Virus record (IMG/VR): IMGVR_UViG_3300045988_106441
DNA from: a virus
Length of the DNA: 44,463 nt
Strand: one strand, 5' to 3'
Numbering within the stretch: the first letter of the stretch is position 1; each line of letters begins with the position of its first letter. This document shows, piece by piece, positions 23,845-31,298 of the stretch. The notes beneath the pieces are model-generated. The model did not search any database. It was not told the origin of the DNA and saw only the letters and a program-made list of their open reading frames with translations. The translations under genes and the position numbers were made by a program.

Positions 23845-23974
23845 ACTCCCTCCGATCATCGTAGAGCAGCTCGATCATGCGCACACACCGTTCCAGCTCC
23901 GCCGGGTCCGTCTGCGCGATTATATCTCGCGCCACCTCTGCCGGATACCCGCAGGCCAAAAGCCGTTCATACAT
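23837..23974 (-). CDS. Micro-ORF (45 aa), first gene of the cassette
   Basis: MYERLLACGYPAEVARDIIAQTDPAELERCVRMIELLYDDRREYV follows AAAGGAGGCGCAC. Confidence 0.45.
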   Translation of the reverse strand: MYERLLACGYPAEVARDIIAQTDPAELERCVRMIELLYDDRREYV

Positions 23975-24085
23975 TGTGTGCGCCTCCTTTATGCCTCCAT
24001 GATACAAAAAATCCGGACAGCCAAACTGCCCGGAAACTGCCTGTATTCTGCCCTTAAACTGCCCTGAAAATATTTTGAAAAATTC

Positions 24086-24114
24086 GGTTTAACCTATTGG
24101 CAATAGGTTAAACC
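24086..24114. promoter_or_regulatory. Perfect 29-bp palindrome (candidate operator)
   Basis: ggtttaacctattg-g-caataggttaaacc, with 14-bp arms. Overlaps the -35 of the promoter listed next. Confidence 0.7.
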
Positions 24115-24125
24115 TATGCTATACT
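24097..24125 (+). promoter_or_regulatory. Candidate promoter of the plus-strand accessory operon
   Basis: TTGGCA, 17 nt, TATACT, about 32 nt upstream of ATG 24158. Confidence 0.5.
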
Positions 24126-24157
24126 TTAGGTACAGTAAAGGAAAGGGGATCACAAAT

Positions 24158-24361
24158 ATGAAACGAATTTTGATGGATACCTACGAAATCTTCGGAGAGA
24201 ACGCAGAGGCCGCTGCCGATTACATCAACGAACAGGAATCCCGGATGATCTCCGCTGGTGCGGCAAATGAGTATTTCAGCGAGGACTACCACGAAAATAT
24301 GAAGCGCTTCAAAGCCGAAGCCGCCGAGAAGTTCGGGGTAACCTTCAAGAGCCTGTTTTAA
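24158..24361 (+). CDS. Small acidic protein (67 aa)
   Basis: MKRILMDTYEIFGENAEAAADYINEQESRMISAGAANEYFSEDYHENMKRFKAEAAEKFGVTFKSLF. Net negative charge. RBS AAAGGAAAGGGGA. Confidence 0.55.
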   Translation: MKRILMDTYEIFGENAEAAADYINEQESRMISAGAANEYFSEDYHENMKRFKAEAAEKFGVTFKSLF

Positions 24362-24364
24362 GCC

Positions 24365-24541
24365 ATGCCGGACAGCGAAGCGAAGCGGGCGTGGGCCGCA
24401 CAAAACACCACCTTCATCGGGCTGAAGCTGAACAACAACACCGATACCGATATCCTCGCCGCGCTGGAAGGCAAAGCCCGGCAGACGGAGATTAAACGGC
24501 TAATACGCTTGGGATTGGAAAAGGAAGGACGAAGATCATGA
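24365..24541 (+). CDS. Small ORF (58 aa), possibly RHH-like
   Basis: Hand translation gives MPDSEAKRAWAAQNTTFIGLKLNNNTDTDILAALEGKARQTEIKRLIRLGLEKEGRRS. Starts 3 nt after the upstream stop, with an ATGA overlap downstream. Confidence 0.45.
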   Translation: MPDSEAKRAWAAQNTTFIGLKLNNNTDTDILAALEGKARQTEIKRLIRLGLEKEGRRS

Positions 24542-25089
24542 GCAGAGTGAAAATGGTTTTGAAGTGCGAGCACTGCGGGAAAACTTTTGAACATATCCAC
24601 ATGTGCCGCAATTCCACCGAGGCTGGAACTTATGAAGCATGGGCGCGAGAGAATATCACCACTTGCCCGGACTGCTACGCGGCGCAGAAGCGTGCGCACC
24701 AGCTGGACGCCGTTTCCGGTTACATTTCCAGCTTCAGCGAACAGCACCCCCTTCCCCAGATCACCGGCGTTTCTGAAAAGCAGATCGCTTACGCTTCCAG
24801 CCTGCGGGAAAAATTCATCCGCGATGATCTATTGAAAATCCAGCTTGATGTAAACCGTTTCTTTGAAATCGCGGACAAGATCAAGCCGGAAAACTGCGAC
24901 GAAGCCGGGCGGGATCTCATGCGCAAGGCCGCAGCCGATGCCGGGAAGCCCTTTGAAATCTGGTTTGAAGCGTTCCGGGCGGACCGTCTCCGGCGTTATT
25001 TCAGCCTGATTTATGCGGCCGACGCTGCCAAAATTGAAACCATTTTCGCGGAATCCAACGCTTCCAAGATCATCGACGCGTTGAAATAA
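24538..25089 (+). CDS. Hypothetical protein with N-terminal zinc ribbon
   Basis: 183 aa. LKCEHCGKTF...TCPDCYAAQ, then an ITGVSEKQIAYASSLREKF motif. Confidence 0.65.
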   Translation: MSRVKMVLKCEHCGKTFEHIHMCRNSTEAGTYEAWARENITTCPDCYAAQKRAHQLDAVSGYISSFSEQHPLPQITGVSEKQIAYASSLREKFIRDDLLKIQLDVNRFFEIADKIKPENCDEAGRDLMRKAAADAGKPFEIWFEAFRADRLRRYFSLIYAADAAKIETIFAESNASKIIDALK

Positions 25090-25108
25090 AAAACAGGAGG
25101 AAAAGCAC

Positions 25109-25414
25109 ATGATCGCACATCTTTACAAGATCCCTTCCACCTTCCGGAATGTTCCAGACGCGGCGAAGGTTCGCGCGGTTCCCTTTGAAAATTTCCCCGG
25201 CACCTGGCTGCACGCAACGCTTAATTTGCCCGACGGTCTCCGCGTGGCCGACTCAAAATACGGAGAAGGGGCCTTTATCACGGACTCCGGCGAGGTCGTT
25301 AGCGAGGCATACGCGGACCCCGAACAGATCAGCGGAAACGATCTGAAAGGCCGCGTTACCGTGCGGGACTCTTCCGGGAAATTCCTTGTTGATACCGTTG
25401 TCACCTGGCATTAA
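25109..25414 (+). CDS. Hypothetical protein
   Basis: 101-aa ORF after AGGAGGAAAAGCAC. Confidence 0.6.
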   Translation: MIAHLYKIPSTFRNVPDAAKVRAVPFENFPGTWLHATLNLPDGLRVADSKYGEGAFITDSGEVVSEAYADPEQISGNDLKGRVTVRDSSGKFLVDTVVTWH

Positions 25415-25425
25415 GTCTTCAAACC

Positions 25426-25470
25426 CAAAGAAAAAGCCGTGTCTGATTCGGACACGGCTCTTCTTTTTAT
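25426..25470. terminator. Bidirectional intrinsic terminator
   Basis: 9-bp stem agccgtgtc/gacacggct (25435-25459), flanked by an A-run upstream and cTTcTTTTTa downstream. Lies between convergent operons. Confidence 0.65.
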
Positions 25471-25703
25471 CCCTGCATATCATCCGCGATCTTGGCGTAG
25501 GCACGCCGCCGGATCTTGGCCAATCCGTCCACGCTGACGTGGAGCAGCGCCGCCGCTTGTAGGCAGCTCTGGCCGTGGACGTCCACCGCCAGCACCGCCG
25601 CTTCCTCGTCAGGCGGCAATCCTACCAGCCGGACGGCCTGCGCCGCCCGAGCCGGGGCCATGGATGACAACAGCGCCCGGATTTCTCGGTTTGTTTTCTC
25701 CAT
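25467..25703 (-). CDS. Sigma-70 region-4-like HTH protein
   Basis: LPPDEEAAVLAVDVHGQSCLQAAALLHVSVDGLAKIRRRAYAKI. Weak RBS, start uncertain. Confidence 0.55.
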   Translation of the reverse strand: MEKTNREIRALLSSMAPARAAQAVRLVGLPPDEEAAVLAVDVHGQSCLQAAALLHVSVDGLAKIRRRAYAKIADDMQG

Positions 25704-25772
25704 GGGTTTTCCAGACTTGCAGAGCGCGTTCCCGCGTGGATGTTGCCATCTTCTGGCCCTCCTTTCAGATGT

Positions 25773-26174
25773 TTAGTCTGTCCAGTCGGATTTCTTCTCC
25801 CGCACGTCGATGTGGGTAAAGCCCTGCTGACTGTAAATGCCCACGCCGCCCCAATCGGGCATGATCGACCTGGCGAAAGCCGCCACCGTCTCCGGCTTCT
25901 GGCCGCTGACGGAAATATCCGCCGCCATGCCGTAGCAGTGCTGGCTGTGCGCCACCCCATCCACCTTAGCGTTGTACTGCGGTGTGCGGTACCCGCTGTG
26001 GATGACCACCGGAGCGCAAAAATGGGAGCGGATGGTTTCCAGCACCATCACCAGCCGGGGAGCCACCAAAACAGCGTCGCTGCCGTCTCCACACGCAAAC
26101 TCCCGCACCTTGAAATGGGCGGAGAGCTGCTTGCCCCCGGAGGCGGCTTTGCTGTAAGCGTGGATCTCAACCAT
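25773..26174 (-). CDS. Peptidase M15-family endolysin (zinc D-Ala-D-Ala carboxypeptidase-like fold)
   Basis: FKVREFACGDG...IHSGYRTPQYNAKVDGVAHSQHCYGMAADI...GVGIY..GFTHIDVR. Confidence 0.8.
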   Translation of the reverse strand: MVEIHAYSKAASGGKQLSAHFKVREFACGDGSDAVLVAPRLVMVLETIRSHFCAPVVIHSGYRTPQYNAKVDGVAHSQHCYGMAADISVSGQKPETVAAFARSIMPDWGGVGIYSQQGFTHIDVREKKSDWTD

Positions 26175-26901
26175 GGTTATCCCCCCAGATCTGATACAGC
26201 GCCCGGACCATGTCGGCTCGGGTCACAGTCTCCCCGGCGTTGGCGTCCGTTAGCAGGCCGTGAGCCTTGCCCCATGCCAGCGCCGGTTTCTCCGGATTGA
26301 CTGGGGCCGGGGTAGGAGCCGGGGTAGGAGCCGGGGTAGGGTCCGGGGTAGCCGCCTTCCACTCCCAAAACAGCAGCAGCGTGGGCACCTTCCGGGTGCT
26401 GTCCACCGTCCCGCCGGGGAAAATGCCCTGGGTAGAGCCGCCGCCGTCCAGCATGAGGGCGTCCACCACGCCCAGCCCCAGCAGCTTGTTCTGGAGCTGC
26501 TCACGGGTCAGGCTGGTCTTGTCGCACCACAGGCATACCTTGCCGTTGGCCAGCCAGCCCACCGCAGTCCGGGCGGCAGACCGGGCCACGTCCGGCGTCA
26601 GCTCCCGGTACAGCTTGGAGCCACCCTTGAGGATCGGGATGCCTGAGAGAAAGGATCCCCACCGGTCCGTCAGCATCTTCGGCAGTCCGTCGGAGCCGAT
26701 AGACACGCCCCAGTCCTGGTATTTGTCCCGGCTAATGACCTTGCCGTCAATCACTGTCCAGCCCACCGGCCGAAATTTCCCGTTGAACAGATAGCCGTTG
26801 ATGATGTGGGTACAGCCGGTCTTGGCCTTGATCTGCGCCGGGGTCAGCTTGCCGGTGTTGTGGTAGATCTGCGCTTTTGCGCAATCAAACGTATCAACCA
26901 T
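26167..26901 (-). CDS. Phosphodiester glycosidase (NAGPA/DUF2233)-like cell-wall enzyme with a TP-rich linker
   Basis: INGYLFNG...RTAVGW...LMLDGGGSTQG, then the TPDPTPAPTPAPTPAPV linker and a C-terminal module (VTRADMVRALYQIW). Confidence 0.65.
   Translation of the reverse strand: MVDTFDCAKAQIYHNTGKLTPAQIKAKTGCTHIINGYLFNGKFRPVGWTVIDGKVISRDKYQDWGVSIGSDGLPKMLTDRWGSFLSGIPILKGGSKLYRELTPDVARSAARTAVGWLANGKVCLWCDKTSLTREQLQNKLLGLGVVDALMLDGGGSTQGIFPGGTVDSTRKVPTLLLFWEWKAATPDPTPAPTPAPTPAPVNPEKPALAWGKAHGLLTDANAGETVTRADMVRALYQIWGDNHG
26307..26350. repeat. 12-bp tandem repeat (~3.7 copies) encoding the TPAP linker
   Basis: ccggggtaggag repeated in tandem within CDS 26167..26901. Confidence 0.8.
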
Positions 26902-27220
26902 GGCGCACACGGGAAGCCTTGATGAAGTAGCCGTCCTCGTCATAAGTCACCTCATAGGTGGCTCCGACGATCCGCTGGATCTGGACGGTGCCCGCCAGAT
27001 CCTCCCGGCGACGGGTATCCAGCGTCTGAGGGAGCGCCTCCGGATCCTTCTCGGCGGGGATAAAGCCATCCCGCATTTCGTCCTCCGTCCAACCGGCCAC
27101 GCCGCCGTCAGGATTCAGGTGGAAGTTGGCCCCCGCCTCCTTCAGCTCGGCATTGATAGCCTCCACGGGCGCGCCCTGCTTTTTTCCCTCGTTGATGATG
27201 TTCTCATAGATCTTGTTCAT
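26894..27220 (-). CDS. Hypothetical protein
   Basis: 108-aa ORF between the holin and lysin genes. Confidence 0.6.
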   Translation of the reverse strand: MNKIYENIINEGKKQGAPVEAINAELKEAGANFHLNPDGGVAGWTEDEMRDGFIPAEKDPEALPQTLDTRRREDLAGTVQIQRIVGATYEVTYDEDGYFIKASRVRHG

Positions 27221-27263
27221 AATATGTCCCCTTTCAAATTTACGGTTGAGTATTCAACCGGTT

Positions 27264-27455
27264 TCAACTGTTCTTGTCCTCGTTGACCCGCTGGGTGCCG
27301 AAGTAGAATGCGATGACCGTTGTAAAGATGGTCAAAAACTCCGTCCCGGAAATGTCACCCCGCAGAGCCAGCACCGCGAAGATCACCGTCAGCGTGATGG
27401 TCACCAGCGACTTCACCGCCAGCAGATTTGCCAGCCGCTTTTTTAGATTTTCCAT
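27264..27455 (-). CDS. Putative holin (two TM helices)
   Basis: 63 aa. LLAVKSLVTITLTVIFAVLAL and FLTIFTTVIAFYFG, with a charged C-terminus. Confidence 0.65.
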   Translation of the reverse strand: MENLKKRLANLLAVKSLVTITLTVIFAVLALRGDISGTEFLTIFTTVIAFYFGTQRVNEDKNS

Positions 27456-27457
27456 GG

Positions 27458-27763
27458 TTACTCCTTTCTCAGCGGTAGGTCCTCCACCTCCGCCATGATC
27501 GTGTTGAGATGCCCGTTGCCCCCCAGCGCCTTGTACGCACGGTGCATCTCTCCCAAGGCTTCTTTGTCCGACAGGCTGATGGAGCCAGCTGCGATGTACG
27601 ACTGCCCCAAATGCCGGACGCGATCCACCATGAGAACCTTTAAAGCCTCCACGATGGCATCGCTTTTGTCATCCTTGGCCCATTTCCGCTGTAAAATGGC
27701 GAGGATGATGGCGGTCACGCCGGAGCCGGTGGCGGCAGTTAATACGATCTGTAGAATTTCCAT
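27458..27763 (-). CDS. N-terminal-TM protein (holin/antiholin-associated candidate)
   Basis: MEILQIVLTAATGSGVTAIILAILQRKW, then a soluble domain. Sits directly upstream of the holin. Confidence 0.5.
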   Translation of the reverse strand: MEILQIVLTAATGSGVTAIILAILQRKWAKDDKSDAIVEALKVLMVDRVRHLGQSYIAAGSISLSDKEALGEMHRAYKALGGNGHLNTIMAEVEDLPLRKE

Positions 27764-27801
27764 TCTACACCCCCTTAAAAAGTTGCAGTTTTTAGGGCAG
27801 T

Positions 27802-27848
27802 TCCGACTTGCTTTCGTGCAAGTCAGACGTCCGACTTGGTTTCGTGCA
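27802..27848. repeat. Two 19-bp direct repeats (1 mismatch)
   Basis: tccgacttgCtttcgtgca (27802-27820) and tccgacttgGtttcgtgca (27830-27848). The first lies within the hairpin gacttgc-tttcgt-gcaagtc. Confidence 0.6.
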
Positions 27849-27850
27849 TG

Positions 27851-27937
27851 TTAAAATTCAGGCCAGCGGTGCTCACAAATTGGGCAAACCCACCGCCCCT
27901 CCGGCACAACTGCTCCGCAAATCACGCAGTAGTCCAT
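27851..27937 (-). CDS. Micro-ORF (28 aa), zinc ribbon
   Basis: MDYCVICGAVVPEGRWVCPICEHRWPEF. Starts 2 nt after the tail-fibre stop codon. Confidence 0.3.
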   Translation of the reverse strand: MDYCVICGAVVPEGRWVCPICEHRWPEF

Positions 27938-27939
27938 AG

Positions 27940-29067
27940 TCAGTCTGTTGTTTTGGTGTATTTTAGCAAGGCAAAGCCGTAGTAACTTGACTTGTCGCTA
28001 TTCACATATATATCAATACGCCTACCACTAAAACCCATGCTTACATCAAGCGAACCATTCGAAAACTTCGGTATAGTTATTGTCCACCCGCCATCATTAG
28101 AGTTATTGGCAATATGGTATTCAGAAGAGAAAACAGTGTATTCTCCAGCATTGTAATCCGTGCCAAATGGGAAATATTCCACCACCCCCGTAGCAGAGGG
28201 AAGTGCGCCTGTTGTAACCAGCTTTTTGTATACTGGTTTTCCCATATATCGCTCGGTGGTGCGGTACTCAGTGCCCAACTCCATGGGCGGGTTTACCCAC
28301 TCGACTGCGGAGCCATTAAGGACATAGTAGCAGCCCGGATGGTCTGCACTCTCAATGCCCTGCATTGCCCCAATATTCCCCCGGGCCTGCGCCTTCTGCG
28401 CATCCGATAGGCTCTGCGCCGCGTCGTAGCGGACAAAGTTGCCGGAGCCGCCTACGGGGCCTTCCGGGCCTTGCTTGCCCTCCGGCCCCTGTTTTCCTTC
28501 GGGGCCTTGGATGCCCTGCTTGCCCTCCGGGCCTTGCAGGTTGCCGTTGCCCACCCACTTGCTGTGGACGGAATCCCAGATGTAGATGTTGTAAGGGGGC
28601 GCGGTGCCCACGCCGTACACGTCACCGGCTTTGGGATTGGGGACGGCTGCCTTGAGGGCGTCCAGCGTGTCGAAGTAGCCCAGAATGACGAAGCTGGAAC
28701 CGGCCTCGCCGGGATCGCCCTTGTCGCCCTTTTTGCCGGGCGGGCCAATGGGGCCTTTGATGGACGTCAGCGTGGTCAGCGTGAAGGCGTATACCCAGTT
28801 GGCCGTGCCCTTGAGGTACACCTTGCCGTAGTCCGTGGCGGACGTACTGTCCGGCAAGATCAGGACGAACTGCCCCCGCTGGACGTCTGTACCGGTGAAG
28901 TCCTGGTTCATTTCGGTCACGCTCTTGTACTCCTTGGTGATGCCGATAGGCACACCGGCGGAGGCCAGCCGCGCGTCGATCTCCTCGCCGGAGTAGGCGG
29001 ATGTGTAGTAGTCTTGCAGCTTGGCGAAGATCTCCTCCAAAACTGCGACTCTCTGTTCAAGCGTCAT
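27940..29067 (-). CDS. Tail fibre with collagen-like (G-X-Y) repeats
   Basis: GPIGPPGKKGDKGDPGEAG and GPEGKQGIQGPEGKQGPEGKQGPEGPVGGSG. The C-terminal third is AT-richer by eye. Confidence 0.8.
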   Translation of the reverse strand: MTLEQRVAVLEEIFAKLQDYYTSAYSGEEIDARLASAGVPIGITKEYKSVTEMNQDFTGTDVQRGQFVLILPDSTSATDYGKVYLKGTANWVYAFTLTTLTSIKGPIGPPGKKGDKGDPGEAGSSFVILGYFDTLDALKAAVPNPKAGDVYGVGTAPPYNIYIWDSVHSKWVGNGNLQGPEGKQGIQGPEGKQGPEGKQGPEGPVGGSGNFVRYDAAQSLSDAQKAQARGNIGAMQGIESADHPGCYYVLNGSAVEWVNPPMELGTEYRTTERYMGKPVYKKLVTTGALPSATGVVEYFPFGTDYNAGEYTVFSSEYHIANNSNDGGWTITIPKFSNGSLDVSMGFSGRRIDIYVNSDKSSYYGFALLKYTKTTD

Positions 29068-29077
29068 GTTTCACACC

Positions 29078-31297
29078 TCACACAATGAAAAGTTTGTTCA
29101 AGCGATCGAAAAACAGCCCGCCGCCCTTCTGTACCAGCGGGCCGCCACGCGTTTGTCCAAATTTGCGGTAGTAGAGAATGATACAGCCGTTTGCGCTTGG
29201 GCCGCCCGGGCCGCCTAAACCGCCGGACCCGGGAGTGCCGGGGGTAATGGTGCCGTTTCCGTTTTTTACGGCAATTCCGCCGGAGCCGGCACCGCCGCCT
29301 CCGTAGCCGCCACGTCCGCCCCTGCCGTACCGCTTCGGCTTGGAGGGGGTGAGCGTGGCCGTCATGCCGTTCGCACCGGAGCCGCCGGTCACACTAACGG
29401 TTGTCTCGCCCGGCAGGCCGCGCCCGGAGGATCCGGCTTTGCCGTTGGCTCCCGCCGCCGGGCCGCCGCCCAGACCGGAGCTGTACCAGCCGTAACTGCG
29501 CGGAGTGCCTGTTGATGTGATTCTGGTCATACTGACTTTCCCCTCGCTGCCAGCCACAGGGCCGGGGGTAAAAGCGTTCCCGTCCTCGTCATAAGCAATT
29601 GTGCCATTGACATATTGCTGGACGCTATCATCTGTGAACTCACTCACAGCCGGATTGCGGCCAGCGCCGTTTCCGCCAGGGAGGCCGTCCTCGCCGACGC
29701 CGCCGAACTGCTCGCCGGTGATGGGATCCGTGAAGCCAAAATCGGGAGCAGACGCGCCCGCCGTAGTCATGCCGTGGAACACCGTATCCGTGCCGTTTGT
29801 CCCGGGAAGATCGTCCGTGCTGAATTCAGCGCCCTTTCCGCTTTTCCCGCAATCATAGGCAAGGCTTTTCAACTGGGACACGTCGAGATCGCCCTCTACG
29901 ATTCTGCCGCCCATGCCGCCCTTGCCGCCGGGACCGCCCTTGCCACCCAGCGCCAATGCGTAGCCGTCTACCCGATCCTCAAAAACCGGGTCCGTCCACG
30001 AGAACTTAGGCCCCGATTGGGTATTTTCGCCCTTTTCGCCGCAGCGCCCGCCCTGCCCGGCGGAGATCATCACATAATGGATCGTTGTGGTGCCTTCCGG
30101 GATCTGGAACTCGCCGGAGCCGGTGAGGACAACTCGCTCGTCAAAATACTCCGCAGATTCCGGCTGTGCCGGGGTGAATCCAACCAGCGCCTCCATGCTG
30201 CTTTTTAGCGTCGCACTCATAGTGGTGTCGAGGGACTGGATGCACGCGGATACCATCTTTTTATCGTACGGATGATATACGCTCACAACATGGCCCGGTT
30301 TCTCATGTCCGCTTACAATGTCATTAGTGATAGTTTCGCGGCATCGGTAATAGTCCGCAAGACGCTTCGCCACGGCGTAAGAATTCACCAGAGATACCAG
30401 TGTGGCATCCGTAACCGACTTTACGTTTTCCGCCGCGCCTGCCGTCACAGGCTGCGTGATTAGGCGGGTGTTGTGGATATACGCCTTGCCGGTCAGCGCG
30501 CCGGTGCCAGCGGAAATCTTGGCGTAGTTCGCGCCGCTTTCCAAAATGGTAAAGCCCGTTGTGGAGAGGGAGTGCATCGGCTCAGAGAATGTGATGATAT
30601 CGCCATTCTGCGCCGTGCCGGAAAACAACTCCTTCGTTTCCGTCCCCGCTACATACTGGTGCTCTGTTACCGTCACGGCGGAGATGGGGTCGCTATACCC
30701 AACCTTTCCGCCGTTCAAATACATTCTGTTGCCTTGAATCACAGACGCCGTTCCATCCCACAGGGAATCAATGTGCAAAACGCCGTTTAGGTCGGTTGTT
30801 AAATATGCGCCAATTGCAAAAAGCACTTGCGCCAGGTTGTCCCTTGCACTTTTGCCTTGCCCGTTTGTTTTCGGCTGGCAATACGGGAGCCAGCCGTATA
30901 GTTTAACCTTCGCAAAAACGCTCTTGACCACAACTGGAACCGCGCCGCAAATATCAGACACAACTTCGAAAACAGTTTGCCCGGTATAAATACCGCCTTT
31001 GTGTGGGGTTGTTGCCAATAAGCCGACCGCAGACCACGCTACGATTTTGTATGCGGTTGCGCCTGTCCGCTCAATCGACCGCAAATAGTACGTCTGCATT
31101 GAAGCGTCAGAATCGTTTTTCCAAAAGCGGATAGCGTCATTTTTCTGAAACGCCATAATCGAAGGATCGTCGCATCGCACAATAGCTGTAAGTGTATCGG
31201 CAGAAATACTCTCGCAGCTTAATGACTGCTCTTGTGTGGGCGCAGCTCTTTCCGTTCGGGAAGAATCAAACATCCAATTTTTGTAGATGATCTTCAT
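29078..31297 (-). CDS. Tail tip/baseplate protein (Tal-like) with glycine-rich C-terminal regions
   Basis: 739 aa, downstream of TMP and the Dit-like gene. GGKGGPGGKGGMGG and GRGGRGGYGGGGAGSGG tracts. Start MKIIYKNW after GGAGAAATG. Confidence 0.7.
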   Translation of the reverse strand: MKIIYKNWMFDSSRTERAAPTQEQSLSCESISADTLTAIVRCDDPSIMAFQKNDAIRFWKNDSDASMQTYYLRSIERTGATAYKIVAWSAVGLLATTPHKGGIYTGQTVFEVVSDICGAVPVVVKSVFAKVKLYGWLPYCQPKTNGQGKSARDNLAQVLFAIGAYLTTDLNGVLHIDSLWDGTASVIQGNRMYLNGGKVGYSDPISAVTVTEHQYVAGTETKELFSGTAQNGDIITFSEPMHSLSTTGFTILESGANYAKISAGTGALTGKAYIHNTRLITQPVTAGAAENVKSVTDATLVSLVNSYAVAKRLADYYRCRETITNDIVSGHEKPGHVVSVYHPYDKKMVSACIQSLDTTMSATLKSSMEALVGFTPAQPESAEYFDERVVLTGSGEFQIPEGTTTIHYVMISAGQGGRCGEKGENTQSGPKFSWTDPVFEDRVDGYALALGGKGGPGGKGGMGGRIVEGDLDVSQLKSLAYDCGKSGKGAEFSTDDLPGTNGTDTVFHGMTTAGASAPDFGFTDPITGEQFGGVGEDGLPGGNGAGRNPAVSEFTDDSVQQYVNGTIAYDEDGNAFTPGPVAGSEGKVSMTRITSTGTPRSYGWYSSGLGGGPAAGANGKAGSSGRGLPGETTVSVTGGSGANGMTATLTPSKPKRYGRGGRGGYGGGGAGSGGIAVKNGNGTITPGTPGSGGLGGPGGPSANGCIILYYRKFGQTRGGPLVQKGGGLFFDRLNKLFIV

Positions 31298-31298
31298 A

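Noticed and set aside
25704-25760. A programmed frameshift joining the RBS-preceded ATG at 25749 (MATSTRERALQVWKT...) to the sigma-like ORF
   Set aside because: There is no clear slippery heptamer, and the alternative-frame peptide becomes low-complexity (GPGSGGAGRPAG) after ~20 codons. A simple start-site ambiguity or a sequencing indel is more parsimonious. It is noted under the lysis-module finding instead.
26307-26350. Tandem 12-bp repeats, and the collagen-like repeats at 28450-28540, as possible CRISPR or other non-coding arrays
   Set aside because: Both are in frame within long ORFs and encode TPAP and G-X-Y peptide repeats. There are no spacers, and no cas genes are present in the window.
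27940-31297. A diversity-generating retroelement acting on the tail fibre or tip genes
   Set aside because: No reverse transcriptase ORF and no template/variable repeat pair are visible anywhere in the 44 kb.
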